DNA of 64,000 bases from the human T2T-CHM13v2.0 reference genome, Homo sapiens: the NCBI RefSeq assembly GCF_009914755.1, contig NC_060925.1, one strand, 5' to 3'. The position numbers and the translations under genes were made by a program. Below the pieces are notes generated by a model. That model made no database searches and had not been told where the DNA came from. It worked only from the letters and a program-made list of their open reading frames with translations. Shown here piece after piece: positions 57,469 through 64,000 of this stretch (position 1 is its first letter; each line of letters opens with the position of its first letter).

Positions 57469-60023
57469 TACTGTATTTCATACATTTCCCTTTGACTGGA
57501 ATCTTAAGTTTTCCTTTCATTGGAATCTAGAAAAAAATTAGAACTAAAGACTTTGTTAATTCTATTCTTACGTATGAATATAAAACTATAAGACTGGGTA
57601 CCTTCATGGAGAATTCCTAAGTAATGACCTCCTTAAACCTTACTTAGATAAGTTGACTCATCCTTTATTATGTTGCATTTGAATTTGAGCCAAGATTGTA
57701 CCCCACAAGAACATTGCATAAGATGGAAAAAAATCATGACATTGGCTGGAATTGTCCCAGATTAAAATATTCTTCTAAAATCACTCATCTACTCATCTAT
57801 CTGTACATTCTTCCATTCAGTTAGAATATAGAACTGGGTTTTTTTATATAGAACTAGGGTTTTTTTTAATGACTTTGAAGTATTCATTAGTTATTCCAAC
57901 AGTATTGAATTAGACAAATAAATACAGCTGGACAGTATAGCTTCACTGGCTGCTAGATGATTTACGTCATTCAACAAATTTCAAACCCCTAAAGAGGAGC
58001 ACCCTTCCTCAATGATGTGGACTAGGAACATCAAAATGTATACGGTTTCTGCTTCAACCTAAAGGCAGCTTGTAGTCTAGTAAATGATGAGAGAATTGAG
58101 CAGGGACTAAAATCTTTAAGTGGGCATTATTGGTTTTATTATAGAAAATATTTTCATAGCTTACTTCTTAAAATATCCATTAGTCTGAGGAGTACATTGA
58201 GATTACCTCTTAAAATAACAGTATTTTCTGAGTTGGAAGAATGGCAAATTTTTTTCTCCCTAAAGAGTGAAAGTCTCTTACACATCATGTTTTTGCAGTA
58301 TGGTGATATTTTGCATTGTTTAGGCAAAAATAAACATACCTGCAGGGATAAACAGAAAAAAAAAACTCTTGTTTTAAACATAGGGTTAACCATTAAAACC
58401 TCTATTTTATTTTTATATAAATTTTGGTTATTCTTGTAATTATTCTTGGATGATTATTCTCATACCATTGGTTTCCATGGAAAGTTGACTTTCAGTGATA
58501 ACATCTTAATTTGTCATCGAATTATCATAAAATGTATATAGTGTGCTCTTCCTACTATATTTCAGTGTGATTGAATTATGATTTTCCAACTTTACTAGTT
58601 TTAATTTTATTCCTTTCTTTGGTGACCTCTTTCCTTTCCATCATTTAGCTTTTCTATTTGTTTGTTTTTAAGCCAAGAAATCATCCGTATCATCACTGAG
58701 AAATATTGGCTTGGGGTTCCGACTGTATAATCAAAAGCCATATCAAGGTTGTGATATGCACAGGAACTTAGTGATCTGATCATGAAACACACCTGTAGAA
58801 TAACCTATGAGAGAAGTTTGCTGGTGTTAACTGACCAGAAGGATATGAGGGATTATCTCTGGGTGGTAGGGTTATGGGAGATTATTTTTAAAATTCTTTT
58901 CTACATTTAAAAAGGTTTGCCCCTTAGTGAAAGGTATTACTTTACAACTCAGGAAAATAAAATTATACAAAAAGCATTTAAAACACAAGGATTTACAGCT
59001 GGGCAGAACAGCAGGCTTTCTGCCAGATCAAAAGCCTGTTGCTTTTCTTCTTATAATGGACATTCTGTGAGAGGAAGGAGAATGTCCAGTCACCTAATTT
59101 CCATCTCTGTGGAGCATCAGTGGAAACTTCATTCTGCTGTAGATGGTAAATTAATGATTGTAGCAATATATAATTTCAGGACTTTATAAGGTAAATACAT
59201 TCACCATGTGGACAAATTACTTTGGCTTTTTAGTTCTTTAAAAGATACAGTGGAAGTACTGTTGTGAAGCTATTCCCATTATTTAGGAAAGTGGCAGTCA
59301 TTTTAAAATTGTATTGTTAGAGTTAATGACAGAAAATGTTGAGTTAACCATATTGTCCAAGGAATGGAGTGTGCTGATCATTCTTGCCTTATTGTTGAAG
59401 GTTTTCTGAAATATATTTGCTTTCTCCTTGTTAGTAAATACAGGATTTTAAACATTAGTGAATTTTTCTTCATGATTCAATATCTTGCTTTGCCTTAAGG
59501 TCACTGTTAAAAACACCAAAAAACTGAACAATAGAATCAGAAGCTGAGGATGTTTGACTAATTCTTTGCTAGCCTTCTGACATCCCCTAGAAAATATTTT
59601 TACAATAATTTCTTTTATACTAAACCTACAGGTATTTTTGAAGCATCCTCCCATCCCCAGCATTTTATTCTTTTACTTGGGATCATTAGTGCTGAATTCT
59701 CTCTTAGCTTGGGTAGAACTTGGCAGGTAATACAAATATAAAGCAGGTTGTCATCTTTCTAAAGCTGGTCAGGGACTAAGTCATGTTTTGGCTATTGTTT
59801 TAAAAAATGAGAATTGTTTGACAACTTTATGGCCAACTAACTCCAAGTATATCTAATAATTTTGCAAAAACCTACTCTGTTTTCTGGATTAAAAATAAAA
59901 GCATCAGCTTTGGAACATAACACTTACCGGTAGCCTATTCATTGAGAAATAGCCCAAAATCTGAATAGAATGTTTATAGAGGTAAGGAAGGGAGAACCGA
60001 GGGAAAGAAAAGGTCTCAACCCC

Positions 60024-60880
60024 CTTCATTCATTCATTCATTCATTCACTCCCTCAACAAGTATTTATTAATCACCAGCTACCTGCCAGCTACTGTCCTT
60101 GGTTCTGGGTATTATAAGTAAAACCCGCAGTCCCGTCCTTAAGGGGCTCACTGTCTAAGAAGGAGGAGGCAAGCCAGTAAGCAGGCAGTTTCCATGAAGT
60201 ATGCTAATGGGCCTAACAGGGAAATGCATCATATTATACACACATAACCCAAACTTAGAACATCAGGGAAGCCTTCTTAATGGAGGGGCCCCCTTTATGC
60301 TCTCATTTAGCTAAACTACCTTCAGCATCAAAGCTCTGTGAAAAACAGTATCGAGAAATACCATGTCCTGATGCTTAATCCTTTGTACTTAGCAAATGAT
60401 GCTCCAGTGTTGACTGGTGAGTCTTGGGAATATCCTCTATGCCAGAAGTGTTTGTGCATTCACCAAGTAATTGTTGGGTCCTTATCAAGTGTGGCAGCTA
60501 TGCTTAGAACAAGGAATACAGCAGTATACAAAATAGCATAAAACATGGTCTTTGCTTTTGTGAAATTCATAGTCTGGAAGAAACAGGCTGGTAAAGGAGC
60601 ATAAAAATAATATATTACACACTGACTTATAAGCACAAATTAGTGTCTAAATGACAGCAGATGAGGGAACAATTGATTATGTCTCAGAAGGTATGGGAAA
60701 GTGGAGCCTTAAGGGCTGAATAGGTATTTAAAGAAGATCAGGTGAGGAACAGCGGGAGCAGAGGCCAGGGACTTAAAAGATGAGGGTGTCCACCCAGAAC
60801 TGTCCCAGATTTGGAGTGATGGGACCGGGAGTAAGGTTCGGGTTGTGAAAGACTTTGTATACTCTCCTAACAAAATGGGA
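60024..60880 (-). mobile_element. L2 fragments starting with an (ATTC)n tail
   Basis: ttcattcattcattcattcattc...caacaagtatttatt; second piece starts near 60455. Confidence 0.65.
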
Positions 60881-60889
60881 CACGCTGTC

Positions 60890-61125
60890 CTACTGTGGTG
60901 AAGAACCTGGCTGTGAACTCAGAGAAACCCAGATTTAGATATAGGCCCTGTCACTTACTAGCATGTTACCTAACCTCTCTGAGCCCAACTTTTCTGAGTC
61001 CTCAGGAAAGTGTAGTTTATAGTAACTACCTAACAGGATTGTTGTAAGGGCTATCTGAGATAAGGTCAGGAAAGCACTAACACAATGCTTGTCACATAGC
61101 AAACACTTAATAAATGTTAGCAGTT
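60890..61125 (+). mobile_element. MIR
   Basis: tcacttactagc...taacctctctgagcc...cacatagcaaacacttaataaatgttagc. Confidence 0.78.
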
Positions 61126-61646
61126 AATTTTATTTACAGTTTTATCCCATGGACATTGGAAAGCCATAGAAAGTTATTATCTTGCTGTTGTCACCCCATA
61201 TTCCAGAACCTCTTTGTGCATCCTGTTAAAATATTGTTTTGATGATTAAACAAGTTAATATTTGTAAAGTGCCTAGAACGGTGCCAGGTATATAGTAAGT
61301 GCTGTGTAAGTGTTTATTCCATATTTTAAGTTAATGAAATCTGCTAAGCAATAGAAATAAAATTTTTCCACTTTACAGATGAGTAAGCAGAATTCAGATA
61401 AGTTAAACTTCTTTTCTAAAGTAATATAACTAGTAAAGTATGGAACCAGTATTCAATCTCTGTCTCATTTCATATTATAGCAGCTGCACCTTAAAATATG
61501 ATTTTAAAAGACATACCTAGTCCTATCATCACAACACATTTTTCATTTTTGTGAGATGCTTTCCATCTTTGCCCAGGTGCAAGTAATAGTTTTTCCAGAA
61601 TTGTAGGCATAGCCTGCATAAATTTTGCATTCCACTTTTTTCTTAG

Positions 61647-61967
<321 letters not shown>

Positions 61968-63094
61968 TAGTCATTGTGTTAAATTTTAATGGATGTGTAA
62001 AAGCACATCAAATTGATTTTCCTTAGCTTTTATCTTGCTGTTGGGTATTAGTCTATTTCCTGTTTTTTGTTATTATATATTACATAATACTTCTGTAAGC
62101 ATATTCCCAAATACAGCCATTCTCTTCTGTTGATTTATTTCCTTAGATAAGTTTCCAGGAATGGGATCATTGGATTGATGAATATGAATCGTTTTATTGT
62201 TTTGGACATATATTGCCTGGTGCCTTCCACCAGCAGTATATGGAGATTGCCAATTTCAACACTGAGATAAGAGGCAGAATTGATACCCTTACTAGCAATG
62301 AGAATTTTATTTTTTTTAATTCTTGCCGATTTACTTAAGAGTAAAAATGATACCTCAAGGCCATTTTATTTTTTGCATATTTTGATTATTCTTTAAAATA
62401 GATTGCTGGCTAATTTATTTCCTACTCTCTTTTCTGCTTTCTTTCTCCTCTAGTTTTTATTATTCAATTAGTAACATTTCTTGAGTGTTTACTTTGCACC
62501 AGATCCTGTGCTTCATGTTTTGAATACAAATGTGAAGTGAAAGATACAGGATTTTATGTCTGGTAGGGGAGATATTTGAGCAAATAGACTTCAGCTTTAT
62601 GTGATAAGGACTTTGATAGGTGTCCACATATAATAAGAACATAGAGACATGGAGGAGAAGAACAATCAAACTTCTTGGCTGTCAAGATATTTTGAAACAT
62701 ATATAGATTCTATCTGTACATATGTATTTATGAGTATACTTAACAGGAAGTTGCATACAGATATGTGTTTGCACATGCACCCATGTGTATCAGACAAAAA
62801 TCTGGAGATGTATCATATTGGATCATTATTATCATGGGATGACAAAAGGACCCATGCCCAAAGATAGGAGCAACGACAGATAAGAAGATGGACAAAGAGC
62901 AGTCCAATAAAGGAGAATGAAAGAAAAAGGCAGTCAGGTGGGAGGAAAATCAGAAGACAGCAGTGGAAGGAAGGAATTTAAAGAAGTGAGGAGCGGACCA
63001 GATTGGGCTACTTAGAAGTCATTGGGTCTGATATCTTTTTACCTTTGAATGCCATTTGGAATGTGAATATCTTGTCCCTATGTGGGTATTAACT

Positions 63095-63350
63095 TAGTAG
63101 AGAAGAAGCCTGGGCTTTAGGGTCAAATAGACCCTGGTTCAGATCATGGCTTTGCAACTTATTAGCTGCATGACCTTGGCCAAGAATCTTAACACCTTTG
63201 CACTCTTTACCATATCTTACTTTTACACGCTTCACCTTTAAAATATCTTACAAGGGTGCTAGAATTAAATGAACTGATGTCTCTAAAATGCTTAATGCAA
63301 TGCCTGGTACATAATAGGTCCTTTGCAAATAGTAGATGCTTTAGTTATTA
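63095..63350 (+). mobile_element. MIR
   Basis: agaccctggttcagatc...tagctgcatgaccttggccaag...tgcctggtacata. Confidence 0.75.
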
Positions 63351-63439
63351 GTAATCTAAATATAGTAGTTATTATTTTAAAACATATCCCATACATGCTC
63401 TATTCTTCTAGTCGTAACTAGTCTTAGAGAGGTAGAAGA

Positions 63440-63625
63440 ATGAAGTAGTTAAGAGCCGGACTAAATCTCAGTTATTTAGCTCTGGGCCTTGGACAAGTTA
63501 TCTCTCTGGGCCTCAGTTTCCTCATCTGTTAGATGGAGACAATAATGGCACCCACCACATAGATTTATTTTTAGCATTAAGAATGGTGCCTGCTGCATAA
63601 TAAGTGCTGCATCAGTGATAGCTTT
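63440..63625 (+). mobile_element. MIR
   Basis: ccttggacaagttatctctctgggcctcagtttcctcatctgt. Confidence 0.8.
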
Positions 63626-63686
63626 GATGATGACAATGATGATGATGACAGTGATGATGAAGGCAATGATGATGATGATGATGACA
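63626..63686. repeat. Degenerate (GAT)n repeat
   Basis: gatgatgacaatgatgatgatgacagtgatgatg... Confidence 0.85.
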
Positions 63687-64000
63687 GCTACATCTTTGGA
63701 CCAAATAACTTTACTCTATTTTAATAATATAAGTAATTCTGTGCCTTTTGAGTTCTTTTTATGCTTTCCCTTGGTCATACTTCATTAATTTCTCCCGAGA
63801 GTCTTAAAAGTCTCTTTTTTCTTTTTTCTTTTTTTTTTTTTTTTTTGAGCTGGGGTTCACTTCTATTTCTCTTTTGTCTATTTTGTTTCAATATTTTCAT
63901 CAGCTATTAGATTCATCAAGCCCAACACTTATGACTTTTTTTTCCTTATAGCTATTTTTATTCAGCAACTATCCTACCTTGAATTTATGATCTTGCTTAC

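Noticed and set aside
63812-63862. T tract followed by gagctggggttcac as an Alu
   Set aside because: Only a few Alu-like bases follow the tract; at most a tiny remnant.

Overview
AT-rich primate genomic DNA, most likely human, with many Alu, MIR, L2, L1 and LTR relics and no CpG island. The window lies inside a + strand gene that I recognise from its translation as C1orf21. It holds the end of an upstream intron, the start-codon exon (10615-10832; CDS 10739-10832, MGCASAKHVATVQNEEEAQKGKNYQNGDVFG), a 29,983-bp intron, a 95-nt coding exon (40816-40910, DEYRIKPVEEVKYMKNGAEEEQKIAARNQENL) and the first 23 kb of the next intron. The other entries in the ORF track look like chance or repeat-derived frames. 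I see no convincing new biological system. The best leads are three uAUGs in three frames just upstream of the start codon, a second frame open across the whole start exon, inverted Alus bracketing both exons (possible AUG-containing circRNAs with predictable peptides), a possible dual-acylation N-terminus, nested transposons with readable target-site duplications (TSDs), and two palindromes that may come from template switching. Repeat subfamily names are from memory of the consensus sequences and old repeat boundaries are approximate.
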